Positions 1 to 8,754 are shown, counted from the stretch's first letter. The stretch: 21,143 nucleotides of DNA from Desulfobacterales bacterium (GCA_046483495.1 JAWODC010000019.1:1-21143); one strand, 5' to 3'. The notes: generated from the sequence alone by a model not told the origin. Translations and numbers: made by a program.

Positions 1-303
1 GGCAGGCAGATAAAAGGGTATAAATTTCGAAGACAGGCACCTATAGGGAAATTCATTGTCGATTTTGTGTGCCATGAAAAACGATTGATCATTGAACTCG
101 ATGGAGGACAGCATCGCCGTCAGGAAAAATACGACCATTACTGATCCGAATATCTTCGGGCGTGCGGGTATAATTTGATTCGATTTTGGAATAACGATGT
201 ATTAATGAATATGGACGCCGTTTTAGAGGTAATTCACAGGCAGCTGACCCCCCATCCCGGCCTTCCCCCTCAGGGGGTGAAGGGGAGATGCAGCGACAGA
301 TGA
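1..303 (+). pseudogene. DUF559 (Vsr-like/YcjD-type) endonuclease, 5'-truncated by the window, with an internal stop
   Basis: Frame +1 reads GRQIKGYKFRRQAPIGKFIVDFVCHEKRLIIELDGGQHRRQEKYDHY*SEYLRACGYNLIRFWNNDVLMNMDAVLEVIH... The FRRQ.PIG.(F/Y)IVDF, IELDGGQH and RFWNNDV motifs are typical of DUF559. The TGA at 142-144 lies where the family usually has Arg (YDxxR). The final stop is at 301-303. Not in the ORF track. Confidence 0.85.
248..287 (+). repeat. REP-like 40-bp palindromic unit, copy 1
   Basis: ccccccatcccggccttccccctcagggggtgaaggggag has an internal hairpin. It is a near-exact reverse complement of 574-613 and similar to 17161-17201. Confidence 0.85.
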
Positions 304-394
304 CCGTTTTTCCAATGCCCCGTTTTTTTAGCAGTCCGTTCAAGCGGCTGCTTCGCGCCGCTTGCAAATATGACCATGACCAGAAAAAACAAAC

Positions 395-585
395 CGTGAG
401 CAAAGCGAACGGCAATTTTAATTTCTTGTTGAAATAAGCCTCTACGATCAGGGGACTCGCGGAGCAACAACTCCCCTTCACCACCGGGGACGAATCGTGA
501 GCGAAGCAAACGGCATTTTTGTTTACTTATTGAAAATTAACGCATTACGATCAGTGGACTCACGGCGCAACAACTCCCCTTCACC
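395..585 (+). repeat. Degenerate tandem repeat, ~88-90 bp unit, period ~101 bp
   Basis: 395-482 (cgtgagcaaagcgaacggca...tacgatcaggggactcgcggagcaacaactccccttcacc) aligns with 496-585 (cgtgagcgaagcaaacggca...tacgatcagtggactcacggcgcaacaactccccttcacc). Confidence 0.85.
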
Positions 586-613
586 CCTGGAGGGGGAAGG
601 CCGGGATGGGGGG
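574..613 (-). repeat. REP-like 40-bp palindromic unit, copy 2 (inverted relative to copy 1)
   Basis: ctccccttcacccctggagggggaaggccgggatgggggg is the reverse complement of 248-287 with about 2 differences. Confidence 0.85.
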
Positions 614-693
614 GAATAAAGCTGCAATTCACCTATTTTTGAGCTTTCAGCTCTTCCCATCACCCGTTTTTTACCGTTTACGGAAACAACGAT

Positions 694-1998
694 TTACGAC
701 CCGACGTATTCCCCATAAACCTTCTCGACTTCCCCAAACGCGATGTCGGCGATATCGAACGTCTTCTGAAGGTCTTCGTCCGTGTGGGCGGTGGAAATAA
801 AATGATTGTGGTAGTCCACCATGTATATGCCGCGCTGGACGCATTCAGAGATCCAGTCGGCATGAAGCCCCTTGTGAAGCGCCTCGAGTCCTTCGGTAAA
901 CACGGGCGGATCCTGATTGGTGATTCGAAAATACGGCATGGACGGCAGCCCCGACACTTTCAAGTCGAGACCGTGGCTCCTGGCCGCGTCGATCAGACCC
1001 GCGGCGAGTTTTTTCCCGGTTTCCAGCATCAGCTTCGGTCCGTCTATCTTTTTCAATTCTTTTAACGCGGCCACCGAGGCGGCCATCGGCGCGGCATTGA
1101 AGAACTGGGTCCCCGTAAAGAATACCGAGGTAACCGCATCCCGCAGCGCATCCGTACCCACCAGCGCCGAAATGGGATACCCGTTGCCCATGGCTTTTCC
1201 AAAGCAGATAAGATCCGGTTTAAAGCCGAAATATTCGTTCGAGCCGCCAAGATCCGCCCTGAAGCCCGCCCTGACATCATCGAGGATCAGGACGATCCCC
1301 TTCTTTCTGCACAGGGTTTCTACTTTCCGCCAGTAGCCTTCGGCGGGCATTTCGTTGTCGAAAATGACCGGGTGATGATAGGGCGTCGAAATAAACCCGG
1401 CGATGTCGTCGCCGTGTTCGCCAACGACGGATTCGAATCGTTCATAGTCATTCCATGGGATTCGAATAACATGGGCCGTATCTTCGGTCAGTGTGCCGCC
1501 GCTTCCCGGATCCTGCATCCATGGCGTGGTGCCGTGATACCCGCCTTCGACGGCGACGATGATTTTCCGGCCGGTTGACGCCCGGGCGGTCATCACCGAC
1601 AAGTTGGTCGGATCGGCGCCGTTCTTGGAAAAAAACGCCCAGTCTGCAATGGAAACCATGTCCACCAGCAGCTCGGCCAGTTCTATCATCACCGGCGAAG
1701 CCAGGGACACGGTATTGCCTTTCTTGTACTGGTCCAATGCCGCGGCATCCACCACCGGGTGATTGTAGCCCAATATCATCGGGCCGTAAGCGCACATGTA
1801 ATCGATATACGAATTGCCGTCCACGTCCCAGAACCGGGATCCCTCAGACCGGGAAAAATAGACGGGGTTGCCGCGTGCCCATACGGACGTGCTGTAATGT
1901 CCGTATATGCCGCCGTCCGGGCAAAACGGGCAACCGGGGATAACCTTTTTGGCACGCTCATACAGGGACTGCGATTGGGTTTGGCGATAGGGTTCCAT
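694..1998 (-). CDS. Class III PLP-dependent aminotransferase (glutamate-1-semialdehyde aminomutase-like)
   Basis: Motifs WDVDGNSYIDY, YGPMILG, GGYHG, LILDDVRAGFR and PDLICFGKAMGNGYP (PLP lysine). The start is more likely the ATG at 1998 (AAGGGA upstream) than 2016. It lacks the canonical HemL PGGVNSPVR motif. Confidence 0.9.
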   Translation of the reverse strand: MEPYRQTQSQSLYERAKKVIPGCPFCPDGGIYGHYSTSVWARGNPVYFSRSEGSRFWDVDGNSYIDYMCAYGPMILGYNHPVVDAAALDQYKKGNTVSLASPVMIELAELLVDMVSIADWAFFSKNGADPTNLSVMTARASTGRKIIVAVEGGYHGTTPWMQDPGSGGTLTEDTAHVIRIPWNDYERFESVVGEHGDDIAGFISTPYHHPVIFDNEMPAEGYWRKVETLCRKKGIVLILDDVRAGFRADLGGSNEYFGFKPDLICFGKAMGNGYPISALVGTDALRDAVTSVFFTGTQFFNAAPMAASVAALKELKKIDGPKLMLETGKKLAAGLIDAARSHGLDLKVSGLPSMPYFRITNQDPPVFTEGLEALHKGLHADWISECVQRGIYMVDYHNHFISTAHTDEDLQKTFDIADIAFGEVEKVYGEYVGS

Positions 1999-2226
1999 TT
2001 TCCATTTCCCTTTCATTGGTGTTAAACCGCTAAAATGGAGAAAAAGAGTTGCGATGCACCATAGGGACGGTATTTACCCGCCCGTTTTGCATCGGCAGGT
2101 CTTCTTTTTACGCCGGGTCGGATTGCGCCGTCGTATTATGAGAATTTGGAAAAGAGATCGGCAACCGACTCATGACGTTTGTTGATAAGCACGATAAGGA
2201 ATGAACCGGACACAAATTATTTAATT

Positions 2227-2254
2227 ATAATATCAAAAATCAGCCTTCTGTCAA
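2227..2254 (-). promoter_or_regulatory. Putative sigma70 promoter for the aminotransferase
   Basis: Minus strand reads TTGACA-N16-TATTAT with an extended -10 TG. A TATAAT also occurs 3 nt further on. Confidence 0.5.
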
Positions 2255-2501
2255 GTCGTTTTCATTTAAAATCCAAGTAATTTAAATGAATTATTCACTT
2301 TCTGCTCTCCGATATGAAAGCCGAAAAATGAGCATACCATCTCGAGCAGGCAGATAATCCACCCTACACCGACAATCCTGTTGAACCGGAAAACGTTGTG
2401 TGTTAATCGAATTGGCGAAATCTCGTGATGCGCGATTCGTTTAATAGCCGCGTATGATGTAAGGGATGTTAACCAGTGTCGGCACTAACCAGGATGGATG
2501 C

Positions 2502-4754
2502 ATGGATATCTTTCTTTTCTCCGTCGTCATTCTAATCGGATTAGCCGTTTTCGATTTGATCGTGGGCGTCAGCAACGATGCCGTCAATTTTTTGAACTCC
2601 TCGACGGGTTCGCGCGTCGCACCCCGGTACATCATCATGATCATCGCCAGTGTCGGCATGCTTGCCGGCGTGACGTTTTCAAGCGGCATGATGGAAGTGG
2701 CCAGAAAGGGAATATTCCACCCGGAGTTTTTTCTGATGCCGGAATTGATGACGATTTTCCTGGCCGTCATGCTGACGGACATTCTCCTGCTGGACTTCTT
2801 CAATACCTTCGGGCTGCCCACGTCGACCACCGTATCGATCGTTTTCGAGCTTCTCGGCGCGGCGGTTGCCGTGTCACTGCTGAAAATCTTTTCCGCCGGC
2901 GCCGATTTGGCGACCTTGGTGGATTATATCAACACGGCCAAGGCCCTTACGATTATTTTAGGTATCCTCCTGTCCGTGGTGGTGGCGTTTTTATTTGGTG
3001 CTCTTATACAATTCATAAGCCGGCTGGTGTTTACGTTCGACTATGAGGTTCGCCTGAAGCGGTACGGCGGCATTTGGGGGGGAATGGCCCTGGCGATCAT
3101 TTCTTACTTTATTTTGATCAAAGGCGCAAAAGGAACGTCCTTTCTCAGTACCGAAGCGATGTTATGGATCGACACCCATACCTGGACCATCCTGTCCATC
3201 GGTTTTGCGGGTTTTGCCGTGTTTTTCCAGGGACTCATTTTGTTTACGCGCATAAACATTTTAAAACCGATCGTCATTGTGGGAACATTTGCACTGGCCA
3301 TGGCGTTTGCCGCCAACGACCTGGTCAATTTTATCGGTGTTCCCCTTGCGGGATTGAGCGCCTATCGGATCGCGAACCTGTCCCCCGACCCGATGGGAAT
3401 GACCATGGAGGCCCTTCAGAAGCCGGTCCAGTCCAATACCCTGCTGTTGCTGATCGCCGGTGTGATCATGGTCCTGACGCTCTGGACTTCCAGAAAGGCC
3501 CGGTCCGTCACCCAAACCGAAATCAGCCTCGGCCGCCAGGATGAAGGAACGGAGCGGTTCGGCGCCTCCACCCTGTCGCGCATTGTTGTGCGCATGGTGC
3601 TTGGATCGTATGCCGCTGTTGATCGGTTTGTCCCGGCATTTGTCAAGCGCACCGTGTCGGAAAGAATCGACCCCGGTGTCAGCAGGGCCCAATTGTCCGG
3701 TCCGGTCCAGGCGCCGTACTTCGACCTGGTGAGGGCGTCGGTCAATCTCATGGTTGCCAGTGCCGTCGTTTCCTTTGCCACGTCACTCAAACTGCCGCTG
3801 TCCACCACGTATGTAACCTTCATGGTGGCCATGGGATCCTCGCTCGCCGATCAGGCATGGGGCCGGGAAAGCGCCGTTTACCGCGTGACCGGCGTGCTGA
3901 CGGTTATCGGCGGGTGGTTTTTCACCGCCTTTGTTGCATTTACCGTCGCATCGATTTTCGCTTTCTTGATTTATGTGTTCGACCTTCCCGCCATTATGGT
4001 CCTGCTTGTCATCGCCGTCATGGTCGTTGTAAGGAGCTACCGGTATCATTATGAAAAAGAGAAGGAAACCAGCGAGATCGAAGCCTTCAGCCTGAAGAAT
4101 GTCGACAGCCCTGAAGAGGCGATCTCCAGAACGTTCGAGCAGACCGGTATATTTCTAAAGGATATCAGCGATACGCTCGGTCTATGTATCGAAGCCGCCT
4201 TTAATGAGGACCGGCAGCGGTTGAAGGATGTACGGGCGGCGGTCGAAAAAATTGAAAAATGGTCCAATGTGATTATCGCCAACATATTCAAAACGCTTTT
4301 TTTGCTCCATAAATGCGATATTTCCGACGCGCAGAAATATTCCCATACGATTCGATCGCTCCAGGCCATATCGGAAGGCCATCGGGACATTGTGCTGCGG
4401 GTCAAGGAGCACTTTGACAACTATCACATTGGGTTTAACGACCAGCAAAAAGAGGAGCTCAGGTTCGTCAAGGTGAATATCAACCGACTGTTATGGAATA
4501 CCTCCATTATGCTGTTGAACAGGAAAAAGGTGGACTATGACTACATCTCCAACCAATTGGGAAAGCTTCAACGATTGATCGATGCATTCGACAAGAACCA
4601 GATTTCGCGCATTCAGGAAGGAGAATCCAAAACACGCCTGAGCATTTTGTTTTACGGGATTATGGACAATTGTTCCGAAATCGCGGAACACACGTGTGAA
4701 CTGCTCGATATTTTCAAAGACTCGTTTAACATTAACGGTCGAATTTCTGTTTGA
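2502..4754 (+). CDS. Inorganic phosphate transporter (PiT/PHO4 family), long form with a soluble C-terminal helical (PhoU-like) domain
   Basis: Two PiT signature variants (GVSNDAVN, FAANDLVN), GLPTSTT and LPLSTT motifs, many TM helices and a ~230-aa hydrophilic tail. The start is likely the ATG at 2502. Confidence 0.9.
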   Translation: MDIFLFSVVILIGLAVFDLIVGVSNDAVNFLNSSTGSRVAPRYIIMIIASVGMLAGVTFSSGMMEVARKGIFHPEFFLMPELMTIFLAVMLTDILLLDFFNTFGLPTSTTVSIVFELLGAAVAVSLLKIFSAGADLATLVDYINTAKALTIILGILLSVVVAFLFGALIQFISRLVFTFDYEVRLKRYGGIWGGMALAIISYFILIKGAKGTSFLSTEAMLWIDTHTWTILSIGFAGFAVFFQGLILFTRINILKPIVIVGTFALAMAFAANDLVNFIGVPLAGLSAYRIANLSPDPMGMTMEALQKPVQSNTLLLLIAGVIMVLTLWTSRKARSVTQTEISLGRQDEGTERFGASTLSRIVVRMVLGSYAAVDRFVPAFVKRTVSERIDPGVSRAQLSGPVQAPYFDLVRASVNLMVASAVVSFATSLKLPLSTTYVTFMVAMGSSLADQAWGRESAVYRVTGVLTVIGGWFFTAFVAFTVASIFAFLIYVFDLPAIMVLLVIAVMVVVRSYRYHYEKEKETSEIEAFSLKNVDSPEEAISRTFEQTGIFLKDISDTLGLCIEAAFNEDRQRLKDVRAAVEKIEKWSNVIIANIFKTLFLLHKCDISDAQKYSHTIRSLQAISEGHRDIVLRVKEHFDNYHIGFNDQQKEELRFVKVNINRLLWNTSIMLLNRKKVDYDYISNQLGKLQRLIDAFDKNQISRIQEGESKTRLSILFYGIMDNCSEIAEHTCELLDIFKDSFNINGRISV

Positions 4755-4767
4755 TAAGGAGATTGTA

Positions 4768-5457
4768 ATGCGTGTACCCTTTTTAAGCCGACTGTTCATG
4801 ACTTCGCCGTTCGATGAACTGCAGGAGCATGCGGAAAAGGTCAAGGAATGCGTCTGGGCGTTCCAGCAGGCCATTGAATGCTACGCCGCAGAGCGATGCA
4901 AAGTATTCGATGATTACCTCTCGGAAGTGGACCGGCTGGAAAGCGAAGCGGATGCCATAAAGCGGCGAATCCGGGGGCATTTGCCGGTAAACTCTCGACT
5001 GCCCGTTTCGAAATTCCAGCTGTTTCTGTATTTGAGAGAACAGGATAAAGTGCTCGATTCGGTCGAAAAAACCTTGGATTGGATTTCGTATCGAATGGAG
5101 CCGGGCATTCCGAAGGATATGGAAAAAGATTTTTTTCTGCTGGTCGATTCGGTCATCGAGCCTATTGAAGACTTGAGCCGCATGGTAGCCGAAGCCAAAA
5201 ACTATTTTGAAACGTATTCGAACAAACAGCGAAACCTCGTCAAGGACATCATTCACAATTTGAGGAAAAGGGAGCACGAAGCCGACCGGCTCGAGGCGGA
5301 CCTCAAGAAACGAATCTTTTCCATAAAGGATGACCCCACAGGGACATTTCATCTCGTGAGGCTGGCCGAACTGATCGGCTCCATCGCCGACCACGCGGAG
5401 AATGCCGGCGACATGATGCGGGCCATGATCGCCCGAAAGAAGAGCTATTTTTTTTAG
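4768..5457 (+). CDS. DUF47/TIGR00153 family PhoU-like phosphate transport regulator
   Basis: SPFxxLQEH and the repeated ESEADAIKR / EHEADRLE and IADHAENAGD motifs. AAGGAG precedes the ATG at 4768, 13 nt after the PiT stop. Confidence 0.9.
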   Translation: MRVPFLSRLFMTSPFDELQEHAEKVKECVWAFQQAIECYAAERCKVFDDYLSEVDRLESEADAIKRRIRGHLPVNSRLPVSKFQLFLYLREQDKVLDSVEKTLDWISYRMEPGIPKDMEKDFFLLVDSVIEPIEDLSRMVAEAKNYFETYSNKQRNLVKDIIHNLRKREHEADRLEADLKKRIFSIKDDPTGTFHLVRLAELIGSIADHAENAGDMMRAMIARKKSYFF

Positions 5458-5563
5458 GGGCGTTTAGATCGTCCAGAGCTTGAGTGTAAAAAAGTCCAGA
5501 GCCGAAAATAAATGAATCCTCCGGACGATCGGGACTTGCGACTTTTTATAATTTCAGAGCCGG

Positions 5564-5682
5564 GAGTCCGGAGAAAGGAAGCACAATTTTCTCCGGACTC
5601 TCATCGTTTAACGGATGCTCACACTTCATTTCAGAGCCCGGAGAAAAGGCAAAAACCCGATCTCGTTTTTTTCTCCGGACTC
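5564..5682. repeat. Two tandem related stem-loops between convergent genes (possible terminator or REP-like element)
   Basis: gagtccggagaaa (5564-5576) pairs perfectly with tttctccggactc (5588-5600). gagcccggagaaaa (5634-5647) pairs with ttttctccggactc (5669-5682). Confidence 0.7.
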
Positions 5683-5706
5683 AAAACGATCCAACTTCGA
5701 CGGCAA

Positions 5707-6939
5707 TCAGAACGTTCCAAGCGTTCCCGGTTGAAAATAGGCCGGGTCCGCGCCGTCATTCATCAGCAGACTGCCGGTAATCGTTGCAACCCAGTAAAAA
5801 GTTTTGAAGTCCGTGATGCCGCTGCTGCTTTGAATCCGGTACGGCTCTGTTCCATGAGTGGTTTCCAGCGTTCGGTTCTGGCCGCCGTTCCAGAAGCCTT
5901 TCCAGAACTTGTCGTTCTTGTCGTACATCTGGGCATAGAGGACGCCGAATTTTTCCTTATCCAGCCAGATGATTTTCCGGGCCTGGGGATACCTCGGGTC
6001 ATTGGGCCGAATTTCGATCACATACGTCGGAACGACTTCGAACTCCTCTCCCTTCCAGAGAATGGGATGAAAGGGAAAGTTTTTTCGGTCCAGCGTATCG
6101 GCGTCCGTTTTTTGATCAAGCAGGTTCAGCACGTCCTGCTCGCCGATCATCTTGTAGGTAAACAGGGGAATTTTTCCGTCGAATCCGAAAATATCGTCCC
6201 ACGTGTAGGGAGTCCCCCGGATGGGATTGGCCCGTTCCGAGGAAACCATTCGCAAGGTGCGGCGCAAGGTGGGAACATAGGTCCACATGTCATCGAATTT
6301 CAAGGCCTCGTTGTATCGCCAGGTCAGGGTGGCCATGTCCTTGTTCGGCGGCGTCAGTGAATTCAGCTTGTTGGCATACAGAAGATCCTTGGGATTGTTC
6401 AATTCCGGCATGGGTTCCACCATGGTCCGGTTGGAGAACATCAGCTGTTCGTAAGTGGAATCGGTGATTGTGACCCGGTTGCTGCCTTTACGCTTGGTAA
6501 TGGACAGGTAAGACGAGGGAATCAGCCAATCATCGGGAAAATTTTTGTAAAACTGGTTCCACATGCATTTGAGCGCAAGATTGGGCTCCTTCGGATCCAG
6601 GAAGGGGGCGCCCACACCGCTGTAGCCTTCGAGCAGGCCGTCCGAGGTGAGCTTGCAGGTTTCCTGGTTTTTTTTGGATGCTTCCAGGTATTCTTTGGTA
6701 AACGGAATGAATACCGGCTCCTTGACTTTGATGGTAACCGGCTCTTCGAAACCCCATCCGTCCTGAATGTAGCGCTGCATGAACATGGGGAAGTAGTCCT
6801 TGTACTGCTCGATATTACCGGAATTAATGACATCACCGGCTTTGGGCTCGGCTGCAGCCGTAAATCCCGGAATACCGAGAAGTAATCCAACCGATACAGC
6901 TAAAATGAGAGTGAGAAGTTTTCTGATCTTCAAATCCAT
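5707..6939 (-). CDS. DUF1329 family exported protein (LolA/sorting-protein-like fold)
   Basis: N-terminal signal peptide, GDVINxxNxEQYKD, MWTYVPTLRRTLR, DDIFGFDG and YDKxxKFWK motifs. AAGGAG SD. Confidence 0.8.
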   Translation of the reverse strand: MDLKIRKLLTLILAVSVGLLLGIPGFTAAAEPKAGDVINSGNIEQYKDYFPMFMQRYIQDGWGFEEPVTIKVKEPVFIPFTKEYLEASKKNQETCKLTSDGLLEGYSGVGAPFLDPKEPNLALKCMWNQFYKNFPDDWLIPSSYLSITKRKGSNRVTITDSTYEQLMFSNRTMVEPMPELNNPKDLLYANKLNSLTPPNKDMATLTWRYNEALKFDDMWTYVPTLRRTLRMVSSERANPIRGTPYTWDDIFGFDGKIPLFTYKMIGEQDVLNLLDQKTDADTLDRKNFPFHPILWKGEEFEVVPTYVIEIRPNDPRYPQARKIIWLDKEKFGVLYAQMYDKNDKFWKGFWNGGQNRTLETTHGTEPYRIQSSSGITDFKTFYWVATITGSLLMNDGADPAYFQPGTLGTF

Positions 6940-7518
6940 TGTGTCTTTCTCCTTTTAAGTGTGATGAAATGAAAATTCGTGAAAGGTAAAAAACCAATTC
7001 ACACGATAAACCTCAAAACATCTAAACGGACACGAACTGCGACAGTCGAATGAGAATCGAAAATCGCGGAGAATAAGAAGTGGTTAAATTGTCGTATTTT
7101 GGCAATCAAACCGGCGTTAGAATGTCCCTGAAGTTCCCTTGGACAGTATCCAACAAAATAGTGAATGCGATTTCAAACATACTCTGCTTCCAAAAACATG
7201 CGTCAACATCCTCCTTGGTGCGAGCGTCTTGGTCTCTACTCTGTCGTTGCCGGCCGATATAAGTTGGTAAGCCGAAAAAATCAGAAAAACAGAGAAAAAC
7301 ATACGTGAACGAACGCTTGAAAAAACAATATCTGAATTATCAAAAAGCCGGCTCGCGGTTCCACACCTTGAACGCCCTGGTATTAACGCTTTAAGGGCAT
7401 GTATATCGCAAGCTGTGCCAATTAAAAAATATTATTCAGAAATTGTCAACGATATATTTAGTAATAAAAAATATAATTGGTATTTGGAAAAAAATACAGT
7501 GAATCGTTGGTATTGATT

Positions 7519-7682
7519 GGGCTATGGACTATGGGTGATGGGTGATGGGTGATGGGTGATGGGTAATGGGTGATGGGTGATGGGTGATGGGTTAGGGGCT
7601 GGAAGCTGAAAGCCAAAGCGGATTGGGGGGAAATAAATATATTCCAATCCACCTCCCCCATAGCCCATAGCCCCTAACCCAT
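7519..7682. repeat. G-rich heptamer array, ~12 x GGG(T/C)(G/T/A)A(T/G), with an inverted C-rich arm
   Basis: (gggtgat)n spans 7519-7600. The complementary arm catagcccatagcccctaacccat at 7659-7682 starts 4 nt after the stop of the 4Fe-4S gene. Confidence 0.95.
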
Positions 7683-7686
7683 CTTT

Positions 7687-8691
7687 TTATTCCACCGGAA
7701 TAGACTCCAAAGGCCGGATCTCCACCATCTGAATAGCATCTTCCGGGCAGGTGACCTGGCACAATCCGCATCCCATGCACTTTTCTTCATCCACGGCCGC
7801 CGTATCATTCGGGCCGGTCAGGCTGACGGCATCGAAGAAGCACCGGCTGATGCACGTTTCACAGGACGAACACGCTTCCTGGTCCACGGAGGCGATAAAC
7901 CGGCTGGGTGCGGTAAAACTTTTGGCGTGCGTTTTGTCCGGCCAGTTGCCGCAGGATACGCTGTCGCAGTTGCAGATCATGGTTCCGAGGCCCCGGGTAT
8001 TCATCGCCGTGTGCACCAGCCCTTTTTCCTCGCACATCTTCAGCAGGTCCAGCGCCTCCTGCCGCGTCAGCTCCTTGCCTGTGCCGCGGTCAATGGCATA
8101 GGTCGCGGCCTTGTCCAGCTGCATGCAGACCTGAAGCGGAATTTCCGGCCTGGGGTGAATGGTCCGGCAGGAGCAATTGGTGACGGCAATCACCTTGGCT
8201 TCATCGACCATTTGCGTGACATCATCCGAGGCAAGCACCTGCGGCTTCGATTCCACCGTCACGTTGACCGGAATGACCCGCATAAACGGCTTCGACCCCA
8301 TCTTTATCATCATCTCGTGATAGGCGGGCATTTCTTTTTCTTCGAATTCCCGCCACATGTCCAGGTATTCCTCGGAAACATCCGGCGCCAAAACCGTGCC
8401 GTCATGAAACTGGACGAAATTACGGATTTTGTAGTATTGTTGGGGACCGGGCTTTTTGGATTTGAAGATCAATCCTTTCCGAAACAGGGGGTCCACCATT
8501 TTTTGGGCCTTTTCCAGGGGGATGCCGGCGCGTTCGGCGATCTCTTCCACCGTTGCCGGCGGTGCCGCCGCCAGGATGAATTTTGCCTCGTCTTCGTCCG
8601 CGATCATGGCGAACATTTTGGGAACCCTTTCCGATTGACCGAAGCCGATGCTGTCAGCCAGCTTCTGGTATAGGCTCATGTCTGTCATCAT
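7687..8691 (-). CDS. 4Fe-4S dicluster-domain protein with an N-terminal HTH-like region
   Basis: C-terminal CSSCETCISRC and CMGCGLCQVTCP ferredoxin motifs. Central CSCR...C...CNC..SC cysteines. N-terminal TVEEIAERAGIP...LFRKGLI resembles a wHTH. GGAGG SD. Confidence 0.9.
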   Translation of the reverse strand: MMTDMSLYQKLADSIGFGQSERVPKMFAMIADEDEAKFILAAAPPATVEEIAERAGIPLEKAQKMVDPLFRKGLIFKSKKPGPQQYYKIRNFVQFHDGTVLAPDVSEEYLDMWREFEEKEMPAYHEMMIKMGSKPFMRVIPVNVTVESKPQVLASDDVTQMVDEAKVIAVTNCSCRTIHPRPEIPLQVCMQLDKAATYAIDRGTGKELTRQEALDLLKMCEEKGLVHTAMNTRGLGTMICNCDSVSCGNWPDKTHAKSFTAPSRFIASVDQEACSSCETCISRCFFDAVSLTGPNDTAAVDEEKCMGCGLCQVTCPEDAIQMVEIRPLESIPVE

Positions 8692-8754
8692 AATCCTCCA
8701 GTGATTGTACTGTGCCGCTTCCGGTGTTTTTGGATGGGCACGGGTTAATAAGAA

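Noticed and set aside
142..160. Selenocysteine read-through of the DUF559 TGA (a small hairpin ccgaa-tatc-ttcgg follows it)
   Set aside because: The position corresponds to Arg rather than Cys in the family, and the hairpin lacks the length and apical G of a bacterial SECIS.
694..2016. Naming the aminotransferase hemL
   Set aside because: It lacks the PGGVNSPVR and NSGTEA HemL motifs, and no tetrapyrrole genes are nearby.
2248..2269. Pho box upstream of the phosphate transporter (ctgtcaagtcg ttttcat)
   Set aside because: The second half-site is poor, the site is ~240 bp from the start, and the first half is better explained as the -35 of the opposite gene.
5512..6360. Long antisense ORFs (also 7927-8673, 9445-10272, 12640-13782, 15228-16292, 17712-18716, 19770-20651)
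   Set aside because: They are shadows of well-supported genes on the opposite strand in GC-rich coding DNA and carry no recognisable motifs.
7408..7420. sigma54 promoter-like TGGCACAGCTTGC on the minus strand
   Set aside because: The GG-to-GC spacing is 8 nt rather than the strictly required 10.
7458..7661. ORF encoding PSPITHH repeats (likewise 10548-10931, 89-484, 270-509)
   Set aside because: These are translations of DNA repeats or antisense shadows, with no protein-like features.
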